A DNA stretch of 64,000 bases from Thermodesulfovibrionales bacterium (GTDB lineage: Bacteria > Nitrospirota > Thermodesulfovibrionia > Thermodesulfovibrionales > Dissulfurispiraceae). How positions within the stretch are numbered: the stretch's first letter is position 1; every line of letters starts with the position of its first letter. The stretch is from assembly GCA_030017995.1 (NCBI GenBank), contig JASEGS010000002.1, forward strand, positions 21,463-85,462, written 5' to 3'. This document shows positions 56,690 to 64,000 of the stretch, one piece after another. The notes beneath the pieces are model-generated. The model had not been told where the DNA came from. It saw nothing but the letters and a program-made list of their open reading frames with translations, and searched no databases. A program made the translations under genes and the position numbers.

Positions 56690-57910
56690 GTGAAATATAT
56701 AGTTTTGATAGGCGACGGGATGGCTGATAGACCCATTGAGGAACTTGGCGGTCTTACTCCTTTGCAGGAGGCAGTTACCTTTAATATGGACAAACTTGCA
56801 AAGGAGGGGGTAATCGGCAGGGTGCGGACTATTCCCGAAGGATTTCATCCCGGCTCTGATATCGCCAATTTAAGCATACTCGGTTATGACCCTGCGAAAT
56901 ATTATACAGGAAGGGCTCCTCTTGAAGCTGCAAGCATAGGCGTGAGTCTTTCTGATAATGATGTGGCATACAGATGTAATCTCGTTACTCTTAAATTCAA
57001 TGAGGATAGGACACGTGCTGTGATGGACGATTACAGCAGCGGGCATATAACTACAGAAGAAGCAAGGGAACTTATTAATGCGATTAAAACTGAATTGGGG
57101 AGTGAAGACTTAGCTTTTTATCCCGGCGTGAGTTACAGGCATTTGATGGTCTGGAAAAATGGAAGCCATGATATAGAATGTATGCCTCCTCATGACATCC
57201 TTGAAAAAGATATTACCGATTATTTGCCTGTAGGAAAAGGAGACAATGTCTTGCGCGACCTGATGAGGCGTTCTGTTGACATAATGGAAAAACACCCTAT
57301 AAACAAAAAACGGCTGGAGAGTGGGAAAAAGCCTGCAAACAGCATATGGCTATGGGGGCAGGGGAAGAAGCCCAGCCTGCCTACATATGAGGAGAAATAC
57401 GGTTTAAGGGGGGCGCTCGTATCAGCAGTTGATCTGACAAAGGGGCTTGGGATATATGCAGGATTTGAGATACTCAAGGTGCCTGGAGTTACGGGTTGGC
57501 TTGATACCAATTATTCCGGAAAGGCGGAATACGCACTTAACGCCCTTAATCATGTTGATTTTGTCTATATCCATGTGGAGCCGCCTGACGAGGCAGGGCA
57601 CTCAGGAAATTATAAAAATAAGATAAAGGCAATAGAGGACTTTGATGCGCTTGTGGTTGGCCCTGTGATGGATGGACTCAAAGAGAGATTTGAGGAATAC
57701 CGTATACTTCTTATGCCTGACCACGCAACGCCGATTAAGGTAAGGACGCACACGGACGAGCCTGTGCCGTTTGTAATTTATGACAGCAGATGGAAAAAGA
57801 ACAATGTGGCCGTAACATATGATGAGTCAATAACAGCGAGAAAGGATATCGTTGTGATCGAGGAAGGATATAAGCTGATGGATTATTTTATCAGGGAGGT
57901 ATCTGAATAA
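56690..57910 (+). CDS. cofactor-independent phosphoglycerate mutase family protein (ApgM-like); possible non-orthologous homoserine kinase
   Basis: 406 aa. [15 protein letters not shown] start of the archaeal-type iPGM/phosphonopyruvate-hydrolase-like family. Located between thrC and lysC. GTG start. Confidence 0.85.
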   Translation: MKYIVLIGDGMADRPIEELGGLTPLQEAVTFNMDKLAKEGVIGRVRTIPEGFHPGSDIANLSILGYDPAKYYTGRAPLEAASIGVSLSDNDVAYRCNLVTLKFNEDRTRAVMDDYSSGHITTEEARELINAIKTELGSEDLAFYPGVSYRHLMVWKNGSHDIECMPPHDILEKDITDYLPVGKGDNVLRDLMRRSVDIMEKHPINKKRLESGKKPANSIWLWGQGKKPSLPTYEEKYGLRGALVSAVDLTKGLGIYAGFEILKVPGVTGWLDTNYSGKAEYALNALNHVDFVYIHVEPPDEAGHSGNYKNKIKAIEDFDALVVGPVMDGLKERFEEYRILLMPDHATPIKVRTHTDEPVPFVIYDSRWKKNNVAVTYDESITARKDIVVIEEGYKLMDYFIREVSE

Positions 57911-59130
57911 TGCTTATTGTTCAGAAGTACGGCGGCACATCTGTTGCTAATGCAGAGAGAATAAAGTCTGTTGCAGAGCGTGTTTCCAAAGCCGCTAAGC
58001 AGGGCAATAAGGTAGTTGTCGTAGTCTCGGCGATGGCCGGTGAGACCGATAAATTAATCAGCCTTGCTCATCAGATATCATCAAATCCTAAGGAAAGAGA
58101 GATGGACCTTTTACTTTCTTCAGGAGAAAGAGTTACGAGTGCATTGACAGCAATGGCTGTGGAGGAGCTTGGACATAAGGCAATGGCATTAACAGGAAGG
58201 CAGATGGGGATAGTAACTGACACTGTCCATACAAAGGCAAAGATAGAGAAAATTACAGGAGAGCGTGCAAAAAAAGCGCTCGATTCCGGCTATGTGGTCG
58301 TAGTCGCGGGCTTTCAGGGCATTACCGAGTCTGAGGATGTAACGACTCTCGGAAGGGGAGGCTCAGACCTCTCGGCAGTTGCAATCGCTTCTGCGCTCGA
58401 TGCCGACATGTGCGAGATATATACGGATGTTGACGGAGTTTATACCGCAGACCCCCGCATTGTGCCTGAGGCTAAAAAGATGGATAAAATTTCATATGAA
58501 GAGATGCTGGAGCTTGCAAGTCTTGGCTCAAAGGTGCTCCAGACACGGTCTGTTGAATTCGCTATGAAATACAATGTGCCTGTGGTTGTCAGGTCGAGCT
58601 TTAACGACAATCCCGGCACGCTTGTTACGAAGGAGGATGAAGATATGGAACATGTTGTTGTTTCGGGCGTTGCGCACGATTTGAATCAGGCAAAGATTAC
58701 TGTCATGGGAGTGCCTGACAGACCCGGGATCGCAGCAAAGCTATTTAGAGGCATTGCGGATGCGAATATAGGTGTTGATATGATAGTCCAGAATATAAGC
58801 AGCGACGGAAAGGCCACGGATATATCTTTTACAGTTCCAAAGACAGACAGCAAAAAGGCATTGAAGCTCACTCAGGACATTGCAAAGGAGCTTGAGGCAA
58901 GGGGCGTTGACCTTAGAGAGGACATAGCTAAGATATCCGTTGTGGGAGTCGGCATGAGGACTCATTCGGGGGTTGCGGCGCAGATATTCGATACGCTTGC
59001 GAAGCACGGCGTGAATATAATGGCGATAAGCACATCCGAGATCAAGGTCTCCTGTCTTATCGAGGCAAAATATACGGAGCTTGCGGTAAGGGTGCTGCAT
59101 GACTCCTTTGAACTGGAAAAGGCTGCATGA
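57910..59130 (+). CDS. lysC: aspartate kinase
   Basis: 406 aa. VQKYGGTSV, kinase domain, two C-terminal ACT domains. Confidence 0.95.
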   Translation: MLIVQKYGGTSVANAERIKSVAERVSKAAKQGNKVVVVVSAMAGETDKLISLAHQISSNPKEREMDLLLSSGERVTSALTAMAVEELGHKAMALTGRQMGIVTDTVHTKAKIEKITGERAKKALDSGYVVVVAGFQGITESEDVTTLGRGGSDLSAVAIASALDADMCEIYTDVDGVYTADPRIVPEAKKMDKISYEEMLELASLGSKVLQTRSVEFAMKYNVPVVVRSSFNDNPGTLVTKEDEDMEHVVVSGVAHDLNQAKITVMGVPDRPGIAAKLFRGIADANIGVDMIVQNISSDGKATDISFTVPKTDSKKALKLTQDIAKELEARGVDLREDIAKISVVGVGMRTHSGVAAQIFDTLAKHGVNIMAISTSEIKVSCLIEAKYTELAVRVLHDSFELEKAA

Positions 59131-59142
59131 ATGCTCATGTTA

Positions 59143-59275
59143 TTTTGGCAGGACAAAGCATTCTCGCTCATTCTCGACAGGCATCCAGCCTGTCTCCGAG
59201 GCTACGCCAGCCAGCTTAGCCATCCATGGCACGCTTTGGCTGCCGAAGCCGCTCGAATACTTTGTCCTGCCAAAA
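59143..59275. other. GC-rich branched hairpin element closed by a 21-bp stem (unclassified; ncRNA or MITE-like)
   Basis: TTTTGGCAGGACAAAGCATTC (59143..59163) pairs with GAATACTTTGTCCTGCCAAAA (59255..59275) with one mismatch. Inner hairpins GACAGGC..GCCTGTC and GGCT..CAGCC..GCCAT/ATGGC..GGCTG..AGCC. Confidence 0.5.
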
Positions 59276-59304
59276 TTATGCAAATTAAGTAAAATAGAAA
59301 GTAT

Positions 59305-60894
59305 ATGAAACAGATCGAGATATACGACACTACTTTGAGGGACGGCTCGCAGGCAGAGGATGTCAATTTCTCTGTAGAGGATAAGCTGCGCATTACGGAG
59401 AAGCTCGATGACCTCGGTGTGCATTATGTCGAGGGTGGATGGCCGGGCTCCAATCCAAAAGACGCGGAGTATTTTAAAAAAGTCAGGAAGCTTCGCTTGG
59501 CAAATGCGGTTGTTGTTGCCTTTGGAAGCACGCACAGGCCGAGGCATAAGGTACAGGATGACCAGAATATAAAAACACTTATAGAGTCAAAGGCTAAGGT
59601 TATCACCATCTTCGGTAAGACATGGGACTTCCATGTGAAAGAGGCACTGAAGATTCCCCTCGATGCAAATCTCGACATTATTCATAACTCGATTTCTTAT
59701 CTTAAAAAACATGCTGAAAAGGTATTCTTTGATGCAGAGCATTTCTTTGACGGATACAAGGATAATCCTGAATTCGCAATGAAGTGTCTCCTTGCTGCAG
59801 AGAACGCAGGCGCGGACCGTATAATCCCATGCGATACAAACGGCGGAACGCTGCCTCACGAAGTGGAAATGATAATGCAGGAAGTGATAAAGAGGATAAA
59901 AACGCCTCTCGGAATTCACGCGCATAACGACTCCGAATGCGGGGTTGCCAATTCAATTATCGCGGTCGAGCTTGGAGCAATACAAGTGCAGGGCACGATC
60001 AATGGTCTTGGAGAGCGCTGCGGCAATGCGAATCTCTGCTCCATAATTCCTAATCTTCAGATAAAGCGCGGATATAAATGTTTGAGCGATAAAAATCTGA
60101 AAAAGCTGCGGGATGTCTCGAGGTTTGTAAACGAGCTTGCGAATATAAGGCACTTCAAGCGCCAGCCCTTTGTCGGCGACAGCGCGTTTGCGCATAAAGG
60201 CGGCATACATGTAAGCGCTGTTCAGAAGAAGCCTGAGACTTATGAGCATATAAGGCCGGAGCTTGTGGGAAATTCGCAGAAGATATTGATATCAGACCTC
60301 GCGGGAAGAAGCAATATATTGAGAAAGGCTCAGGAGCTTCACATCCCTATTAACACGGACTCTCCTGAGGTAAAGGCAATACTCGACGATATAAAGGACC
60401 TCGAACATCAGGGGTTTGAGTTCGAGGCTGCGGACGCGTCATTTGAACTGCTTCTCAGAAGGAAGCTTGGCCTTCATAGAAAGAGGCATTTCGACAGCGA
60501 GTCAATATGGTATAAGGTTCTTGTTGACAAGGAAGAGACAAAGAAAGAGCCGATAAGCGTTGCTATCCTCATGGTCAACATCAAAGGACACCCCGAAACC
60601 GTTTCCGCAACAGGCGTTGGTCCTGTGAATGCGATGGACAAGGCATTGAGGACGGCGCTTAAACAGTGGTATCCCGATATTTATTCAAAAATCAAAGGCG
60701 TTAGTCTCATGGATTATAAAGTGCGAGTCCTGACCGCAGGAAAAGGCACTTCGGCAAAGGTGCGAGTCCTCATCGAATCAGGAGACGAAAAACAGAAGTG
60801 GAATACTGTTGGAGTCTCAGAAAACATTATCGAGGCATCATGGCAGGCGCTTGTGGACAGCATAGAGTACAAGCTGTTGAAGGAGAAGGGGTAA
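59305..60894 (+). CDS. cimA: citramalate synthase / 2-isopropylmalate synthase family (CimA-like)
   Basis: 529 aa. IYDTTLRDGSQ, HAHND, C-terminal LeuA-dimer regulatory domain. Length and N-terminus resemble the Geobacter/Leptospira-type CimA. Confidence 0.8.
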   Translation: MKQIEIYDTTLRDGSQAEDVNFSVEDKLRITEKLDDLGVHYVEGGWPGSNPKDAEYFKKVRKLRLANAVVVAFGSTHRPRHKVQDDQNIKTLIESKAKVITIFGKTWDFHVKEALKIPLDANLDIIHNSISYLKKHAEKVFFDAEHFFDGYKDNPEFAMKCLLAAENAGADRIIPCDTNGGTLPHEVEMIMQEVIKRIKTPLGIHAHNDSECGVANSIIAVELGAIQVQGTINGLGERCGNANLCSIIPNLQIKRGYKCLSDKNLKKLRDVSRFVNELANIRHFKRQPFVGDSAFAHKGGIHVSAVQKKPETYEHIRPELVGNSQKILISDLAGRSNILRKAQELHIPINTDSPEVKAILDDIKDLEHQGFEFEAADASFELLLRRKLGLHRKRHFDSESIWYKVLVDKEETKKEPISVAILMVNIKGHPETVSATGVGPVNAMDKALRTALKQWYPDIYSKIKGVSLMDYKVRVLTAGKGTSAKVRVLIESGDEKQKWNTVGVSENIIEASWQALVDSIEYKLLKEKG

Positions 60895-60899
60895 TTCGC

Positions 60900-61586
60900 T
60901 TAATTCCGTCTATATTTTTCGAGGAAGTTTTTTATCTCTTTAACAAACTCTTCCATGTCCGTAATATTGTTCTTCAACAACGAAAAAAGCTCTTTGTCGC
61001 TAATCTCGTGATAAAAATGGACAAGACGATTTCTATAGCCTTCCATTAATTTCAATTTTTCAGAATATTCCTTTGTAATGACTCCCATGTTGTGAAGGGA
61101 GGTTGCTATTTCCTTGTATTCTACTATTCCTTTGCCCGCGCTTTTTGCGGTAATATGTCTTCCGATATCAAACATAGCCTCCAGCGCGCGCCTGATATAA
61201 TTTTCGGCTACGGCAGGCCCATCTCCGCCGAGAAAATCGTCCTCATAACCATTGTCTATCGCCTCAAACAAATCCTTTTCATTAAGCTTTAATATTTCGA
61301 GCTCGTCCGCTGCGAACATCATTACCCTTTCTTCGTACGCATTCCTGAATCCATCGTCAAATGAATATATGTTGATCCCTTTTATCGCCTCAAGCTGTAT
61401 CAGATGGTCAACCTCGTGCAGGAATAAAAGGTCTGCCTTGAACGGAGATACAAGCTCCTGAAGGGCAAGGCTCAGAGATGCGTAAGTCTCAAGGGTATTT
61501 TCCGGGTGTGTTTTAAACAGGACGGCAAAATCAATATCGGATTCAGGGTCAGTAACTTCAAGATGCTTGCCTTCAAGGGCAGCCAT
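60900..61586 (-). CDS. fused minimal nucleotidyltransferase (MNT)-like and HEPN (DUF86) protein
   Basis: 228 aa. N-terminal ...PESDIDFAVLF (NTase DxD). C-terminal RNRLVHFY (HEPN Rx4H). The usual helix and GS motif upstream of DxD are missing or degenerate. Confidence 0.7.
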   Translation of the reverse strand: MAALEGKHLEVTDPESDIDFAVLFKTHPENTLETYASLSLALQELVSPFKADLLFLHEVDHLIQLEAIKGINIYSFDDGFRNAYEERVMMFAADELEILKLNEKDLFEAIDNGYEDDFLGGDGPAVAENYIRRALEAMFDIGRHITAKSAGKGIVEYKEIATSLHNMGVITKEYSEKLKLMEGYRNRLVHFYHEISDKELFSLLKNNITDMEEFVKEIKNFLEKYRRN

Positions 61587-61681
61587 TCCCTGCTCCTGCT
61601 GCGCGCCGCATTCCCTCCCGAGCGAAGCGAGCGGAGGGACGACCTAAATCAGTGGGGGCCATTGGCCATCCGCTGGAGTGA

Positions 61682-61987
61682 TTAGATGGCATTTATCCGT
61701 TTCTTTATTAATTCTGGGCTTCTTTTTCCGTGTATCAGGGCAAGAACGATTATTTTATTCCCCTCGACAAGATAAATGATTTTGTATGGAAATCTTTTGA
61801 TAAAATGTTTCCTCGTTCCTTTATATTCTGTTGGATGAATTTCAGGATTTCTATTGATGAAGTTGATTCCTGCGTCAACCTGTAAAAGAAAGTCATAACC
61901 TAACCCTGTACGTTTATCTTCATACCAGGAAAAGGCTTCCTTTAAGTCATCTTCGGCTTCAGGCCTAACAATGACCTTATATTTCAT
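61682..61987 (-). CDS. type II toxin, RelE/ParE family
   Basis: 101 aa. Typical ParE-like pattern (EAEDDLKEAFSWY...IIVLALIHGKR). 4-nt overlap with the upstream antitoxin gene. Confidence 0.8.
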   Translation of the reverse strand: MKYKVIVRPEAEDDLKEAFSWYEDKRTGLGYDFLLQVDAGINFINRNPEIHPTEYKGTRKHFIKRFPYKIIYLVEGNKIIVLALIHGKRSPELIKKRINAI

Positions 61988-62205
61988 TGCCTGCTCAATA
62001 TCCTTTTATAAACATCCTCCCATGGAGAGCCCAAATCAGGGTTTCTATGATAAGCCTCCAATCGTTCATCGATTATCCTTTTCTCATCTTCTGTTAATTC
62101 AATAGCCTCAGCTTCTGTGGCTATTGAATCCCAAATATCTTCTACCAGTTGGATTCTCTCAGGTATTGACAATGCAATAGTATCTGTTGCTGTTATTTTC
62201 TTCAC
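61984..62205 (-). CDS. putative addiction-module antitoxin
   Basis: 73 aa. LSIPERIQLVEDIWDSI...LTEDEKRIIDERLEAY pattern of the family usually paired with ParE-like toxins. Confidence 0.75.
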   Translation of the reverse strand: MKKITATDTIALSIPERIQLVEDIWDSIATEAEAIELTEDEKRIIDERLEAYHRNPDLGSPWEDVYKRILSRQ

Positions 62206-62273
62206 GGTTATATCCCCCCTTCCTTTATTTGTTTTGCATCTGCTATATATTTTAGCTAAAATTCATAAATCTT

Positions 62274-62486
62274 TCATATACAGCGATGTTGTCGAAGTGT
62301 CCTGCCTGTTTTTTCTGCTGCTTTTTTTGCATCTTCAAGTGAATCGAATGGACCATGCCACTTGCCATTCCTATTACCTAACGGGTTATCATGACAACCT
62401 TGACCTTCATTACAATTTCCGCAAGTGCCTCTATGAATTACAGCTTTATGTTTTGCAGTCCAATTTTCATATACATAATAACTCAT
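62274..62486 (-). CDS. small Cys/His-rich hypothetical protein (70 aa)
   Basis: Start moved to the ATG at 62486 (MSYYVYENWTAKHKAVIHRGTCGNCNEGQGCH...GKWHGPF...). The upstream part of the tracked ORF looks non-coding. Confidence 0.45.
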   Translation of the reverse strand: MSYYVYENWTAKHKAVIHRGTCGNCNEGQGCHDNPLGNRNGKWHGPFDSLEDAKKAAEKTGRTLRQHRCI

Positions 62487-62646
62487 TGGTATTAACCCCT
62501 TTAACCCCCATAAATATCTATTTACATCTAACGCTCCGCATAACTTGCCGCTTGGCTTCCACCGAGGGCGGCAGAAGGAAAGACCATGGAACCTGAACAG
62601 AATATCAATACGACAGACGGCCAAGCGGTCAACGTTGATGCGGTTG

Positions 62647-63414
62647 TTATGCAAATGGTTTTTCAGCAATAAACATAAGACTTCTTGCTGTTAACATTAT
62701 TCTTGATTGCATTAATCCTAATGCCCTGCGGTTCTCATTATAAACAGAACCATCGTATTGCTTAATACGTCGATTGAATATATAGGAGGCTAAGCGAATA
62801 AAAGGATAACAAGTAAAATATATGAATTTAGATAAGTTTTTTTCTTTATCACAAACAATTTTCATTTCCGAGAAACCTGCTAGGCGCAAGGCGTAATCAT
62901 AATAAGCCACGTGGAGCGGCATAATATGCTCACAAAGACGCCCTGCGTTTTCCGGCATAGTTGACAGTGGCATAAATAGTTCATGAAATCCGGTTAATAA
63001 ATATTCAATGCGAGATGTTAGGTGAATTGTGTTAGGCGTTGATATAATTAATTTCCCACCATGTTTTAATAGCCGGTGGCATTCATTAATAAATTCGAAT
63101 GGATTTCGCATGTGCTCAACAACCTCGATTGAATATATAATGTCAAATGAAGATGATAAAAATGGCAACTCTTTGTTAAAATCTGCTTTTTCGAATGGAA
63201 TCTCGGTTGCCTGAAAACAGTCTTCAAAAAGATCCGTTGCAATCAAATGTTGCCTAGGGTCAAGCCCAAGTTCAATAAGTTTTTCACCAACCCTACGAGC
63301 TAGATGCCCTTTGCCAGCACCTAAGTCTAAAATTTTAACCGTATTCGTAAGGCAGGATGATATTAATTCAAAGGCTTTATCATTTGTGCGCCGGTGTGAA
63401 GCGGATGGCAGCAC
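62647..63414 (-). CDS. class I SAM-dependent methyltransferase
   Basis: 255 aa. Motif I ILDLGAGKGHL and a post-I acidic residue (ATD). GTG start. Confidence 0.8.
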   Translation of the reverse strand: MLPSASHRRTNDKAFELISSCLTNTVKILDLGAGKGHLARRVGEKLIELGLDPRQHLIATDLFEDCFQATEIPFEKADFNKELPFLSSSFDIIYSIEVVEHMRNPFEFINECHRLLKHGGKLIISTPNTIHLTSRIEYLLTGFHELFMPLSTMPENAGRLCEHIMPLHVAYYDYALRLAGFSEMKIVCDKEKNLSKFIYFTCYPFIRLASYIFNRRIKQYDGSVYNENRRALGLMQSRIMLTARSLMFIAEKPFA

Positions 63415-63662
63415 GCAAAGGTTGCCTCTGCTCTGCTCTGCTGATCATGATGTGTGTCCTTTTTGTTTTGTCAAGCATGTTTAATGCTAAGTGCCCGTTT
63501 TTAAGCATAACGTGGACGTAACTCGTTTATCGGGTTGACGGACTGGTTGGACAGCCCGTCCGTTTGAATTATTGCGCCAAACGAACACAGACCTCATATT
63601 TGTCCAAATATCAATAGTCAAGCCAGACGCAGTCGGTGATTATGTATCGGAGGCTCAGGCCG

Positions 63663-64000
63663 CTAAGGACCCAGTCGTATGTCATATTCCTTCCAGTACC
63701 ACTCATTGCCGCCGATATTTCTCGTGTGGAATTTGAGCTTCACACCGTCAAGGTACGCTATCGAGTATCCCCAATGGCCGTGCTCGGCGCCGCTGTCCCG
63801 GAAGACGATGTTTTGGAAAGAGACTTTATTACCCTTCGCGTCCCAACCGCCAGGTACGGGAGGAAAGTCTTGATCATGATTGTGGCCCGTGAAGATGCCG
63901 AGGACGTTATACGGATTGCATGGGTCATCGCTCTTCTCCCTGCGGCAGAGGACGTTGACTTCCAGCTGCCTCTGAAAATCGCTCCACCACTTGGGATCTG
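63663..64000 (-). CDS. metallophosphoesterase (calcineurin-like), partial: N-terminus beyond window end
   Basis: Stop-free minus-strand frame from the window end to TAG (63665..63663). Contains GIFTGHNHD (the GHxH motif). Not in the ORF track. Visibly GC-richer than the rest of the window. Confidence 0.6.
   Translation of the reverse strand, partial: DPKWWSDFQRQLEVNVLCRREKSDDPCNPYNVLGIFTGHNHDQDFPPVPGGWDAKGNKVSFQNIVFRDSGAEHGHWGYSIAYLDGVKLKFHTRNIGGNEWYWKEYDIRLGP

Noticed and set aside
59143-59275. SRP (4.5S) RNA on the minus strand, because of GCAGCCAAAGCG and GTGCC..GCTGGC similarity to E. coli ffs
   Set aside because: The fold is branched rather than one long hairpin. The GNRA-capped domain IV with its symmetric and asymmetric loops is not reproduced. 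The similarity is limited to short GC-rich strings.
59131-59304. Lysine riboswitch or T-box near lysC/cimA; SAM riboswitch ahead of the sulfur-carrier genes (53349..53414)
   Set aside because: I did not find the characteristic L-box, T-box (GGUGGNACC-type) or SAM-I core sequences. The lysC upstream region is coding, with a 1-nt overlap with the ApgM-like gene.
62117-62596. 159-aa + strand ORF
   Set aside because: It is antisense to the antitoxin gene and the small Cys/His gene. The peptide is hydrophobic and low-complexity, with no RBS.

Overview
Mostly housekeeping chromosomal window from a diderm, probably anaerobic bacterium. Gene content and order suggest a Nitrospirota- or Thermodesulfobacteriota-like lineage, but I cannot verify that here. 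About 70 genes, nearly all on the + strand: purF, uvrB, a porin, murJ, cdaA-cdaR-glmM, comEC, hisH, selB, htrA, ispD/ispF, an orphan 5S rRNA, yicC-remA-gmk-rpoZ-coaBC, efp-accB-accC, thiE, rpmH-yidD-yidC (no rnpA), htpX, purE, a PEPCK-like gene, a second biotin carboxylase, a P-type ATPase, purC, mazG, csp and lipA. A long aspartate-family block follows: aminotransferase, hom, a TusA / E1-like / JAMM / ThrC-like / ThiS-like / NIL sulfur-carrier module, thrC, an ApgM-like gene, lysC and cimA. The window ends in a small accessory island (MNT-HEPN, ParE plus antitoxin, a methyltransferase). No CRISPR array, tRNA, transposase or integrase was seen. The signals most worth a second look: (1) a three-copy structured element of about 160-200 nt, with a conserved core closed by long stems that differ between copies yet stay complementary; (2) hairpin-forming elements built from phased 7- or 8-nt tandem units, abundant in intergenic DNA and inserted in frame into murJ, comEC and, twice, the P-type ATPase; (3) an uncalled 55-codon zinc-ribbon ORF with an in-frame TGA followed by a SECIS-like hairpin, in the same window as selB; (4) a protein-thiocarboxylate (MetM/MetO-like) homocysteine module, interrupted by a small insert and embedded in a threonine/methionine cluster that uses an ApgM-like gene where thrB would be expected. 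All calls rest on reading the sequence and recalling protein families. No searches were run.
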